DNA of 60,489 nucleotides, from contig CACBDD010000001.1 in NCBI GenBank assembly GCA_902537905.1, positions 1 through 60,489 of the forward strand, read 5' to 3'. This document shows positions 49,212 through 58,361 of the stretch, piece after piece; positions within the stretch are counted from its first letter, which is position 1, and every line of letters begins with the position of its first letter. The position numbers and the translations under genes are program-made. A model generated the notes under the pieces. That model ran no database searches. It saw only the letters and a program-made list of their open reading frames with translations, and was not told where the DNA came from. This DNA comes from an uncultured Pelagibacteraceae bacterium. Its GTDB lineage: Bacteria > Pseudomonadota > Alphaproteobacteria > Pelagibacterales > Pelagibacteraceae.

Positions 49212-49248
49212 GCTGATTAGGAAAATTGGGTATGCAGTATTTGCATAT
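49212..49248 (-). promoter_or_regulatory. Upstream motif shared by both amtB genes (copy 1)
   Basis: Minus strand ATATGC-N8-CATA...TTTTCCTAATCAGC; TATGCA-N5-TGCATA palindrome at 49231-49247. Confidence 0.5.
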
Positions 49249-49251
49249 AGT

Positions 49252-49291
49252 AACAGCCCTAAACGTGTTTTCACAATCGTTTAGGGCTGTT
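49252..49291. terminator. Hairpin terminator after the HU gene
   Basis: AACAGCCCTAAACG...CGTTTAGGGCTGTT perfect 14-bp inverted repeat. Confidence 0.8.
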
Positions 49292-49300
49292 TAAAAAAAA

Positions 49301-49576
49301 TTATCTGTTAAATACTTCTTTTAAAGCTTTCGCTGGTAAGAATTTTACTTTCTGAGAAGCAGCAATTTGAATCTGCTCACCAGTTCTTGGGTTTCTTCCA
49401 ACTCTAGCTTTTCGCTTAGCTACTTTGTACGTACCAAACCCAGCAATTTTTACTGAATCATCACCTTTTAGAGCATCTAAAATAGTGTTGGTAATTGTAT
49501 CAAAAGTTCGCTCAGCATCTGCTTTACTCAAGTTTAATGAGCCAGAAAGCTTTGCTATTAGTTGTTTTTTGTTCAT
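49301..49576 (-). CDS. hup: HU DNA-binding protein
   Basis: MNKKQLI, GFGT, RKARVGRNPRTGE and KF.PAKALKE. Confidence 0.96.
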   Translation of the reverse strand: MNKKQLIAKLSGSLNLSKADAERTFDTITNTILDALKGDDSVKIAGFGTYKVAKRKARVGRNPRTGEQIQIAASQKVKFLPAKALKEVFNR

Positions 49577-49733
49577 TTTAGCTCCGGTTATGTTGGTTAA
49601 TAACTATAGTTGCCATAAACGTTGATAAATCAAGCTTTTTTTTAGTGTCTTTAATAAATTAACACACAATATCTTGTTAAAAATTAAATAATCGTTGGTT
49701 TTATTGATCTTTTTAACAATTTAGAAATTTAAA

Positions 49734-50846
49734 TTATCTAAATAAACCAAGGTCTTTTAAGTCATTAAAGGTAGTGAAAAACATCAATGATAGCAACAAA
49801 AACAATCCGATTCGAAAAAAACCTTCTTGTGTTTTTTGAGATAAAGGTCTTCCTAAAATTTTTTCAAATGCATAAAACATTAAGTGTCCACCATCTAACA
49901 TTGGTATAGGAAACAGGTTAATTAAGCCTAGACTTATTGAAATATAAGCCATCATACTAATGAAAGCTAACACTCCAAAAGTTGCTACTTGCCCTGATAT
50001 CTTTGCAATTCTAATAGGGCCACCAAGTTGGGAGGTGTCTGCTTTCCCCATGATCATTCCACCGATGTATTTTAAAGATGAAACACTTACAAAATAAACT
50101 TCGTTTGCTGCATGGTACAATGCTTGTGCTGGTCCTAATTTAACATGATTAATTTTATCATTATAAGCACTTAGTTTTATACCAACCATTCTTTTATTAA
50201 TTTTATTTCCTAAACCATCTTCACCTTCAACAATATTAGGTTTTACTTTTAAAATTAATTCTTCATATGAACGCTTAACTTTAAAATCTATAAAGTCTGC
50301 TGTTGACATTGTAATATACTTTGATACTTCCATGATGCTTTTAACTTTATTGCCATCAATTTCTAAAATAATATCTTGGTTTTTTAACCCCCCAACCATT
50401 GCAGGACTATCTTTTTGAACTTCGCTTATAACTGCCGGAGTAAAATCTTTTCCAACAAAAGTATAAATACAAAAAAAGATTGCTAAAGCTAATAGAAAAT
50501 TTGCTAAAGGACCACCAAATACAATTAAAACTCTTTGATACAAAGGTTTTAAAATAAATAATTTATCTCTCTCTTCTTCATTATATTTTTCTAAAATTTC
50601 TTCATGATCAGCTTGTGAATAAACATTACGATCTCCAAAAAACTTAACATATCCACCTAATGGAATTGCACATACTTTCCATCTAGTTCCATGTTTATCA
50701 TTCCAACCAAATAATTCTTTACCAAATCCAATAGAAAAATCAGTAACCCCTACTCCATATCTTCTAGCAAAATAATAGTGTCCATATTCGTGTATAAATA
50801 CGACAACTAAAATAAGAATTAAAAATGGTATTATATAGCTAAGCAT
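49734..50846 (-). CDS. rseP: RseP intramembrane Zn metalloprotease (M50, PDZ)
   Basis: HEYGH, FSIGFG, PLGGYVK and NLFPIPMLDGGH. Confidence 0.95.
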   Translation of the reverse strand: MLSYIIPFLILILVVVFIHEYGHYYFARRYGVGVTDFSIGFGKELFGWNDKHGTRWKVCAIPLGGYVKFFGDRNVYSQADHEEILEKYNEEERDKLFILKPLYQRVLIVFGGPLANFLLALAIFFCIYTFVGKDFTPAVISEVQKDSPAMVGGLKNQDIILEIDGNKVKSIMEVSKYITMSTADFIDFKVKRSYEELILKVKPNIVEGEDGLGNKINKRMVGIKLSAYNDKINHVKLGPAQALYHAANEVYFVSVSSLKYIGGMIMGKADTSQLGGPIRIAKISGQVATFGVLAFISMMAYISISLGLINLFPIPMLDGGHLMFYAFEKILGRPLSQKTQEGFFRIGLFLLLSLMFFTTFNDLKDLGLFR

Positions 50847-50921
50847 ATTTTTATATTTTAAATTAATATCATATTAATCACAACCCCTCATTACCAATGG
50901 CAAATCTTGGTTTTGAATTTA

Positions 50922-52961
50922 TTATCTATAACTTATTAAAACTTTATCAGGATCTCCTGCTAAAGATGGGTTTTGTTCTCTTCCAAGCTCTGCTGCTTTT
51001 TGTGAAACGTTTTCATTCATATAAGCTAACAATTCACCATTAGTGATTTTTTTATCTTTATTAGCATCTGCTTTGCCTTCTAAACCTTTCATGAGATAAT
51101 ATGAAAATATTCCATGTTTTGCCTCTTTTAAACCAGATGAAATTTGATCTAATTTTGAGGCACTAAATATTGTAAAATTGCTAGGTGTCTCTTCTTCATT
51201 ATTAGAGATTATTCTTACTGGTCTTGCTGATGCAAGGAGTGTTTTTTCATCTCTTGAAATACCGCTATAACAAGTATCAAAAAACATCGTAACGTTTTTT
51301 GGTTTTAGCTTAATAATGCTCTCAAATAGTTCATTTCTAGATAAAGCTGTTCTTTGAAGTAGATCAGGATCGCTATCCTGAGGTAATAAAAATAAATCCT
51401 CACCATTATTTGATGCAAGTCCGTGACCTGCAAAGAATATTATTAATTCTGTTTTATTTTTATTTATTTTTGCTGGTAACCATTTGTTTAAAACACCTAA
51501 AGATTGGATTAGATTTGCATCTTTATCAATTAGTAATTTGATATTTTCAGTTGGAACACCAAATCCTAAACTAACATATTCATAAAAATATCTGGCATCG
51601 TCATTGGCATAGGAAGCTGTCGGTGTTCTATCATATTTTTCTATACCAATAATTATTGCAACTTTATCACTTGAAAGATGATTGTAGACTTTACTACTAG
51701 GATTTAATTTTTCTATTTTTTTTTGTGCTGTTTTTAAATTTCTTTCAATTTTAATACTAACAATTTTCTCTTTAGATCTATTGCCCCATTGATCTATTGC
51801 AAAAATTTTAACCTGTTCATCCACAGGACTAAATCTTTCAAATACAAATTTCCCATTTTTTGCATCTTGAATTATACCATCTATTTCAACGTAAATATTT
51901 TTTGAACCTTCATCAACTACTTTACCTTCTAATTTGTAAGAGGAATTTTTGAATGTTAAATTATTTGCGATAATAATTTTTGGAGGAGTATTATCTTTAT
52001 TTGTTTTTTGAGTAACAATTTTTTGGGTGGGAGTATTATCTATTTTATCTAACGTTTGATCAAAGTACTTGTTTGCAATTTCAATAATCACACTCTTTTG
52101 TCTAGAAAAGAAAGCTGTTACAACATCCCCTTTGTCACTAAAGCCTTGTCCAATACCCGGGCTATATAAAGATTGTTGCTGCCAAGAACCATCAATTTTA
52201 TCCTCAGGACACTTTAAAATAAAAGAACCATTAAAAGGAGGATTAAATGTTTTTTGTTCAGATCTTACGTAGCAAATAATATTATCTGTTGAGTAAACTT
52301 TGCCAACTTGAACTGTGTTGGTTGCAGCTTTAGTTGAACCTGTATATTTTTTACCCTCTGAAGAATGCCCAAAAAAATAATAATCACTCGTATCAAGATT
52401 ATTTAATTCATTTATCAATCTTTCTTTTTCATTATTTTCAACTTTTTTGACTAATTTTTTCTCTGGTTTTTTATTTTCTTCTTTTTTTATTTCTTTAGTT
52501 GGATTTAATTTTTCATTTAATTTCATCAAACCAGCTATATATGCCTGGTTAAGTTCATTTCTATTTATATCAAAATCATTTAAATTTAACGTCTGCATTA
52601 TATATTTTCTGCTACCTTTGGATGTTAAAGAAAAAATTTCGGTAAATAATTCTATTGAATTAGAAGTAATAAATTCAAGGTTTCTTTCTGACAAAACTGT
52701 TAGAGTTTTATCAGAAGTAGTGTTTATATTGTGCTTATTTACACATAAATAAAATTTACTATCTAAATTTTTATTTTTTTTATTAATTAAGGCTAATTGA
52801 TATTTTTTTTCATTGAGGCTTTCTAACCACAGTAAATTTATTTTATTAAGTCCACCAAGTTGATTAACTAGATTTGCACAATCAATGCCAATTCTAATCG
52901 AAGCAAGAGAGTTATTTGAGATAACTAAAAATATAAAAATTAAAAAAATTTTCAGTCTCAT
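50922..52961 (-). CDS. Exported caspase-family (peptidase C14-like) protein
   Basis: Signal peptide; C-terminal VAIIIGIEKY...ANDDA...FFAGHG...FFDTCYSG...HGIFSYYLMKGL; Ig-like spacer beginning DNTPPKI. Confidence 0.85.
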   Translation of the reverse strand: MRLKIFLIFIFLVISNNSLASIRIGIDCANLVNQLGGLNKINLLWLESLNEKKYQLALINKKNKNLDSKFYLCVNKHNINTTSDKTLTVLSERNLEFITSNSIELFTEIFSLTSKGSRKYIMQTLNLNDFDINRNELNQAYIAGLMKLNEKLNPTKEIKKEENKKPEKKLVKKVENNEKERLINELNNLDTSDYYFFGHSSEGKKYTGSTKAATNTVQVGKVYSTDNIICYVRSEQKTFNPPFNGSFILKCPEDKIDGSWQQQSLYSPGIGQGFSDKGDVVTAFFSRQKSVIIEIANKYFDQTLDKIDNTPTQKIVTQKTNKDNTPPKIIIANNLTFKNSSYKLEGKVVDEGSKNIYVEIDGIIQDAKNGKFVFERFSPVDEQVKIFAIDQWGNRSKEKIVSIKIERNLKTAQKKIEKLNPSSKVYNHLSSDKVAIIIGIEKYDRTPTASYANDDARYFYEYVSLGFGVPTENIKLLIDKDANLIQSLGVLNKWLPAKINKNKTELIIFFAGHGLASNNGEDLFLLPQDSDPDLLQRTALSRNELFESIIKLKPKNVTMFFDTCYSGISRDEKTLLASARPVRIISNNEEETPSNFTIFSASKLDQISSGLKEAKHGIFSYYLMKGLEGKADANKDKKITNGELLAYMNENVSQKAAELGREQNPSLAGDPDKVLISYR

Positions 52962-52985
52962 ATTGAAAGAATATTATATACTTTT

Positions 52986-54371
52986 CTATTCTAATACAAA
53001 TTCACAACCTGCTCCACAAGCATCACTAGCATTTTTTAAGGCTTCTTCTACCGAGCCGCCTGCTAATAAAGTATCATAATATGCCTCAAAGCCTGCTGCA
53101 ACTGCTGCTTCCTCAATACCATCTTGTATGGCTCTTTCAATTTCGTTATCTATATGCTGAGCTAATTCGTCCTCTAAGGCTTGATCAATAGCCTCTCCTG
53201 TAGCTTGCTCGATTGCATCAACTATACTCTCTGACGTAGCCTCACCAATTGATTTTTCAATTGCTTCTTGGACACTCTGATTGATTGCTTTTTCCATTTC
53301 TTTTTCAACAGCGTCATCCACAGAGTCGTCAATTATTTCATTTAATTTCTTATCAATGATTTTCTGAATCTCATCTTCTGTTACATTATACTCTTCAGAT
53401 AATCTTGTTTTGGCTTTTCGTATTGCTGCATCAATTTTGATATTAAAAATTTCCATGTTAAGAGCTATTGCTGTTCTTCCACCCAATTTAATATAATAAT
53501 GAAAAGCTTCATTACGTGGAGTTAATACTTGATAAAAGAAAGCTTTATGTTTTGATACATATCTTCCTTCGAATGTAAGAATTTTTGCACCATCAATAAA
53601 TAATTGCAATTTATGAGCTTCAGGATCCCATTTTGCTTTTTCTTTCTTGCCAAATGGGTTGTTTAAGACTTTTTTTAAACTTTTAAATGATTTGCTTATA
53701 TCTTTTTTGGCTTTTTCGATATTTTTAGCCACATCTAGACCAGTATAGATATTATAAACTTTTTCTTTTGTTGTTATGTATTGCTCTCCTCCATTAAAAT
53801 ATTGATATTTAAAATTATCAACTATGTGAAATAATTTTTTATTGTCTGACAATCTAACAATTTTAATACCTCCTGGCCTATAAGGAAGTATTTTAAAGTT
53901 TTTATAAATTATTTCGGTTTTTTCCCAACTTTTTTTTCCTGGATCTTTTTGATACACAAAATCATATTCAAAAATTTTTCTTTTTTTGTAATCTTGAAGA
54001 TCAATATTTTCTCCTGAATTTTCTTTTTCTTGTAAAAAGGATTTTGATTTTTTAAATTCTTCTTCTGATATAACACCATCTTCAAAAAGCTTTGTTAAAA
54101 CCTCTATTTGTTTGTTTAAAGTGATAGAATTTTTGTCATCTCCTGATACTTCTGTGGTTTTCTGATTTTTGAGTTTATTTTTTTTTATTAATAATCTAGA
54201 TTTAATCTTATCATATTCCTCATTATCCATAGCTCCGGCTTTGAATAAATTATCTATAGACTCGATTTGCTTATCTATTTTATTTATCTCTTCGATGTTT
54301 GAATTTGAATTAACAATTGTTATTGTTAACAAAAGAAATATTAAAATAATTTTTTTAAAGATTAAAAACAT
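52986..54371 (-). CDS. Exported protein with two SHOCT domains and acidic helical repeats
   Basis: Likely ATG at 54371 (signal peptide MFLIFKKIILIFLLLTITIV); LFKAGAMDNEEYDKIKSRLL and LFEDGVISEEEFKKSKSFL SHOCT patterns. Confidence 0.75.
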   Translation of the reverse strand: MFLIFKKIILIFLLLTITIVNSNSNIEEINKIDKQIESIDNLFKAGAMDNEEYDKIKSRLLIKKNKLKNQKTTEVSGDDKNSITLNKQIEVLTKLFEDGVISEEEFKKSKSFLQEKENSGENIDLQDYKKRKIFEYDFVYQKDPGKKSWEKTEIIYKNFKILPYRPGGIKIVRLSDNKKLFHIVDNFKYQYFNGGEQYITTKEKVYNIYTGLDVAKNIEKAKKDISKSFKSLKKVLNNPFGKKEKAKWDPEAHKLQLFIDGAKILTFEGRYVSKHKAFFYQVLTPRNEAFHYYIKLGGRTAIALNMEIFNIKIDAAIRKAKTRLSEEYNVTEDEIQKIIDKKLNEIIDDSVDDAVEKEMEKAINQSVQEAIEKSIGEATSESIVDAIEQATGEAIDQALEDELAQHIDNEIERAIQDGIEEAAVAAGFEAYYDTLLAGGSVEEALKNASDACGAGCEFVLE

Positions 54372-54454
54372 ATTTAATAATAACAAATACTTACTTTCAT
54401 GAAATATTAAATATTGATGATTGTATTTATTCACTATTTTAAATAGAGTTAGAA

Positions 54455-55954
54455 ATGATTTTAAACAAATTTTTTTCATTTCTAGTAATAGTTGTTTTTT
54501 TCATCAACCTAAATAACGCATATTCAAAAAATTTTAATGACAACTTAAGAACAATAAGGGCAGAAATTAATAGGGATAACCTTCAAGAAGCAATAGAGAT
54601 AATAAAAAAAATTGAAATCTCAAGTGAAATTCAACAAGAAAAAATTGACTTACTCTTTGGAGATATCTACTTAAAGATAAATCAAATTGATAAGGCTGAG
54701 GAATATTATCAAAAGAACTTTTTTACCTCTAATGAAGAAATTGAAGCTCAAACCTTTATTGGTTTAGCAGAAGTAAGGCTTGTTCAAGGAAAATTAAAAG
54801 AGGCTATTAAATATGCTGAATTATCAACAAAAATTAATTCAGATAAAATAAGGCCAAAGATAATACTGGCAATTGCTAAAACTCGTTTAGGAGAAGTCGA
54901 TGAAGGTTTTGAAATATTAAACGAACTTTATTTAAATAGAAAAGATGCGGAAGTTGCTTTAGCAATTTCAAATTATTTTAGTTCATTTGATGAAACCAAA
55001 AAAGCAATAGATATTTTAGAAGAATTTATCAAAAGAGACCCCAATAACATTAAAGTTTTAAATCAACTAGCTAGTCTTTACTTATTTGATGGTAATAAAG
55101 AAAAAGCAATCGAATATAAAATGATTGTTTATAAATATTATGAATTTAATCGTAATAGAAAAAAACAAAAACAAACAAAATCATGGATATTATCTGTAGA
55201 TCCCAAACATTTTGATAAACCAATTAAAGTAAGAAAAAATCAAAAAAAGGAACAAGAAGAATATCAAGAAGAAGAAATTTCAAATTATGAAGAAAATAAA
55301 ATAACCCCAAACTATGAAGAATTTAATTTTGCCTGGAATGGCGCTGGGAGTGGTTTTATTGTGGCAAATGGTAAATATGCAATAACAAACCACCATGTCA
55401 TAGATGGTGCTAAAAAAATTGCTATTAGAAATGGTATTGGAAAGGTAACTGAAGCTACAATTGCAGCTATATCAGAAGAATATGATCTTGCAATATTAGA
55501 GCTAACATATCCTTATCCAAAAAAATACTCAATTGATGCTAAAAATTTTATTGAACCATTAGCAGGTGAGGATGTCATATCTATTGGTTTCCCTGGCATA
55601 GGTTTAACTAATGAATTGCCAACTATTACACAAGGTATAGTTAGCAAAGTTTTTGACGATAGCTGGGGAAGATTTTTAACAACGGTTAGAATAAATCCAG
55701 GTAATAGTGGTGGGCCAATTTTTAATCTTAAAGGTCAACTTATTGGAGTTAGTGTTGCTATGCTTGATAAAAATAATTGGAAAGAAGAATTTGGTGAAGA
55801 TATTACCGATATGGGTATTGGTATAAAAAGTAATATGATTGAGAAAGTTTTTAAATATGAAAAAAGTGTTCCTGTAAAATCTGTAAAGTATGATAAAGTA
55901 GCAATTTATGAAAAGATGTTACCAAGTATTGCTTTCGTAGTTGTTTCAAGATAA
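54455..55954 (+). CDS. Exported TPR-repeat plus trypsin-like (S1) serine protease
   Basis: Signal peptide, TPR-like helices, then GSGF, TNHHV, DLAIL and INPGNSGGP triad motifs. Confidence 0.88.
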   Translation: MILNKFFSFLVIVVFFINLNNAYSKNFNDNLRTIRAEINRDNLQEAIEIIKKIEISSEIQQEKIDLLFGDIYLKINQIDKAEEYYQKNFFTSNEEIEAQTFIGLAEVRLVQGKLKEAIKYAELSTKINSDKIRPKIILAIAKTRLGEVDEGFEILNELYLNRKDAEVALAISNYFSSFDETKKAIDILEEFIKRDPNNIKVLNQLASLYLFDGNKEKAIEYKMIVYKYYEFNRNRKKQKQTKSWILSVDPKHFDKPIKVRKNQKKEQEEYQEEEISNYEENKITPNYEEFNFAWNGAGSGFIVANGKYAITNHHVIDGAKKIAIRNGIGKVTEATIAAISEEYDLAILELTYPYPKKYSIDAKNFIEPLAGEDVISIGFPGIGLTNELPTITQGIVSKVFDDSWGRFLTTVRINPGNSGGPIFNLKGQLIGVSVAMLDKNNWKEEFGEDITDMGIGIKSNMIEKVFKYEKSVPVKSVKYDKVAIYEKMLPSIAFVVVSR

Positions 55955-55960
55955 GAATTG

Positions 55961-56743
55961 ATGAAAAAATTTATTCTTTTTTTTTTAATTTTCACATTAC
56001 CTTTAAATGCAGAGATAGTAACAGAAACAGGTAAACATAAACACCTAGGTAAAAATTATACAACAGAACAATCATGTAAAATTGCTCGAGAAAAAGCAGA
56101 AAAAAATGCTCTTATAAAATCATTAGGTCAAACTATTTCATCGGAAACAGTTTCTAATTGTTCTGAAGTTGACGGTGAATTTGAATGTGAAAGAAATCAA
56201 CTATCATTATTTAAACTTAACGGGGTAATAACTAGTTCAAAAGAAATAAATAGAAATGATGGCAAAGAATTAGGATCAGAAATTTATTTTTGTGAAATTA
56301 CAATTGAAGCTAATGTTGAACCAATTAAACGAAAATCTGATCCATCGTTTCATTTTGATGCTAAATTAAACAAAAAAGTTTTTAGATCTGGTGAAAACCT
56401 AGAAATAAATATTAATACATCAAAAAAAATGTATATGGCAATATTCCAATGGCTGCCTTATGGGGGTAAAAAATACAATATAATTACAAAAATATTTCCA
56501 AATGAAAAATTTAACAAAAACACTAAGGATCTTGTGGAAGGTAATCTTCAACTTAAATATGAAACTTATTTTCCAGATGAAATTAAATATAAAAAAGTGG
56601 ATGAATATTTAATTTTTGTTGCGTCTGAAAAAAAAATCCCTTGGCTAGAAGAATATGTTGATAGAACATCATTATCTAAACAGTTAAATAAGAAAAATTT
56701 ATTGATGGAAGTCCAAAGTAATAGTTATATAATAATCAGATAA
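55961..56743 (+). CDS. Exported protein: LPP20/FlgT-N-like domain plus DUF4384-like domain
   Basis: Signal peptide; A.E.A..NAL...G..ISSET helix and 4 Cys; C-terminal F.SGE.L.I.I..SK.MYM.IF...KIFPN pattern of DUF4384. Confidence 0.65.
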   Translation: MKKFILFFLIFTLPLNAEIVTETGKHKHLGKNYTTEQSCKIAREKAEKNALIKSLGQTISSETVSNCSEVDGEFECERNQLSLFKLNGVITSSKEINRNDGKELGSEIYFCEITIEANVEPIKRKSDPSFHFDAKLNKKVFRSGENLEININTSKKMYMAIFQWLPYGGKKYNIITKIFPNEKFNKNTKDLVEGNLQLKYETYFPDEIKYKKVDEYLIFVASEKKIPWLEEYVDRTSLSKQLNKKNLLMEVQSNSYIIIR

Positions 56744-57984
56744 TGTACAAAATTTTTATTACGTATTTATCAGCAGCCTTAATAAGTTTATCAACTATAT
56801 CATTTGCTGATGACCATACTCCTAAAAGAAATCTAATTAATAAACTTAAAGAAGAAATTACTGAACTTGGTGCTGAACCTGTAAAAAGAAAAGGAATTTT
56901 ATCTTCTCTTCAAAAATGGATTGATGAATTAGAGGCACAATTAGAAAAACTAAAAAAAATTGAAGCTTTAAAAGCTGAACTTAATAAAGAATTGGAAGAA
57001 CTGGGTGAAAAACCAGTATCAAAAGAAGCAAGTGAACTGGAAGCTGACGAGCAAATAATTGCTCTTAGAAAACAAATAGAAGATACCAAAGCTAAAAAGA
57101 AAGAAGCTGAAGAAAAGAAAAAAAGAGACGCCAAAATTGCTGTTGCTGTAGAAATGTTAAAAGATGAAATTGCAGCATTAGGCGAAGAACCAGAGATTGA
57201 TACAAGCGACATAGACTCTGATGAACAAGTAAAAGCTTTAAAAGAACAAATCAAAAAAATTAAAGAGAAAAAAAAGGCTAAAAAAGAAGAAGCTGAAAAA
57301 AAAGCTGCCAAAGAGAAAAAAGTTGAAGAAAAAAAACAAACTAGATTGAAGGCAATTGAAGGTGTCAAAAAAGAAATATTGTTTATGGGCGAAACCCCTA
57401 TGTCTGAATATGAATTTACATCTGAAGATGAATATATAGCAGCTTTGAGAAAACAAGTTGAGGAAATTAAAAAAATTAAAGAGGAAGAAGAATTTAAAAT
57501 CAATGCGGCAATACCAGATTGGTATGTTTCAATGCCTCCAAGTTCTGAGATTATTATGTATGCAAGAGGAAGTGCAATATCAGCTGATTTAGATAATTCT
57601 GAACAAAGAGCTGTGGAAAATGCATTAATAAAATTATCAACTCAAATGCAAAATAGAATTAGTAACAAAACTAATTTGGTTATTAAAGAAGCTGGAGTTG
57701 ATGCAGATCTAACATTAAAAACTGAAATGCAAAGAATTTCGAGTGTTGTTGTTAAAAATGCAACAATTAGAGGTTATAAAGTTTACAAAACTAAAATGGC
57801 AGCTCTATCAAATGGTAAATATAGAACATTTGTTGTAATCGAGTTTCCTGTAAGTTTAGCTTATAAAAACTTTATTGCAGAAATTGACAACAATGTCAGC
57901 GTCAAAGCTGAAGTAAACAAATTAAAAAATACTGACGCTTTTAAAGAGTTAGAACAATATGTTGCTGAATTTACTGGAGCTTAA
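56743..57984 (+). CDS. Exported coiled-coil repeat protein with C-terminal LPP20-like domain
   Basis: Signal peptide; four L.EI..LG..P repeats; IPDWY...YARGSAIS.D...SEQRA..NA...L LPP20-like C-terminus; coupled to the previous gene (TAATG). Confidence 0.7.
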   Translation: MYKIFITYLSAALISLSTISFADDHTPKRNLINKLKEEITELGAEPVKRKGILSSLQKWIDELEAQLEKLKKIEALKAELNKELEELGEKPVSKEASELEADEQIIALRKQIEDTKAKKKEAEEKKKRDAKIAVAVEMLKDEIAALGEEPEIDTSDIDSDEQVKALKEQIKKIKEKKKAKKEEAEKKAAKEKKVEEKKQTRLKAIEGVKKEILFMGETPMSEYEFTSEDEYIAALRKQVEEIKKIKEEEEFKINAAIPDWYVSMPPSSEIIMYARGSAISADLDNSEQRAVENALIKLSTQMQNRISNKTNLVIKEAGVDADLTLKTEMQRISSVVVKNATIRGYKVYKTKMAALSNGKYRTFVVIEFPVSLAYKNFIAEIDNNVSVKAEVNKLKNTDAFKELEQYVAEFTGA

Positions 57985-58322
57985 TCACAAGCTAAATTTT
58001 CTCTTGCGCCCATCAAAACACCAGCCCAAAATCCGGTAGCAGCACTTTGATTATTGTCTCTTCTTACAGCTTCGCACTCCAACATTTTTCTAGTTAATAT
58101 AGCTTGTTTCCGAGCCAAATCTAAATTCATCAAACAATCAGAAAAACTATCAGTGCCCTCTTTAAAGCCATAATACTTACAAGTATCAATGTCTTCAACT
58201 CGCTGTTTTTTTATAAGTTCTTTTTCCTTAATTAATTTCATCTTTTTTTGCTCAGATCTATAATCTGCACAAGAGGTAAGTAAAATAGAAAATAAAATAA
58301 AACACAATACTTTTTGAAACAT
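57981..58322 (-). CDS. Small lipoprotein
   Basis: Lipobox LTSC; C..YGF..GT..F..C motif plus two more Cys. Confidence 0.75.
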   Translation of the reverse strand: MFQKVLCFILFSILLTSCADYRSEQKKMKLIKEKELIKKQRVEDIDTCKYYGFKEGTDSFSDCLMNLDLARKQAILTRKMLECEAVRRDNNQSAATGFWAGVLMGARENLACD

Positions 58323-58361
58323 TCAAATAATTCTAATTAAATTTTAATTTATATAAAAGAA

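Noticed and set aside
1943-54402. Many 60-115 aa ORFs nested in or antisense to long genes (e.g. 5384, 7509, 8001, 9964, 12703, 16943, 33777, 38577, 48404, 52447, 54169)
   Set aside because: They overlap well-supported genes and show no motifs or RBS.
21211-54479. ORF-track long starts at 21211, 27854, 47693 and 54479
   Set aside because: Downstream ATGs (21274, 27902, 47624, 54371) fit RBS, signal peptides and gene packing better.
56910-57503. 197-aa Ser/Phe/Leu-rich minus-strand ORF (and nested 57238-57456)
   Set aside because: Mirror of the GAA/AAA-rich coiled-coil gene on the plus strand; its composition is the expected antisense artefact.
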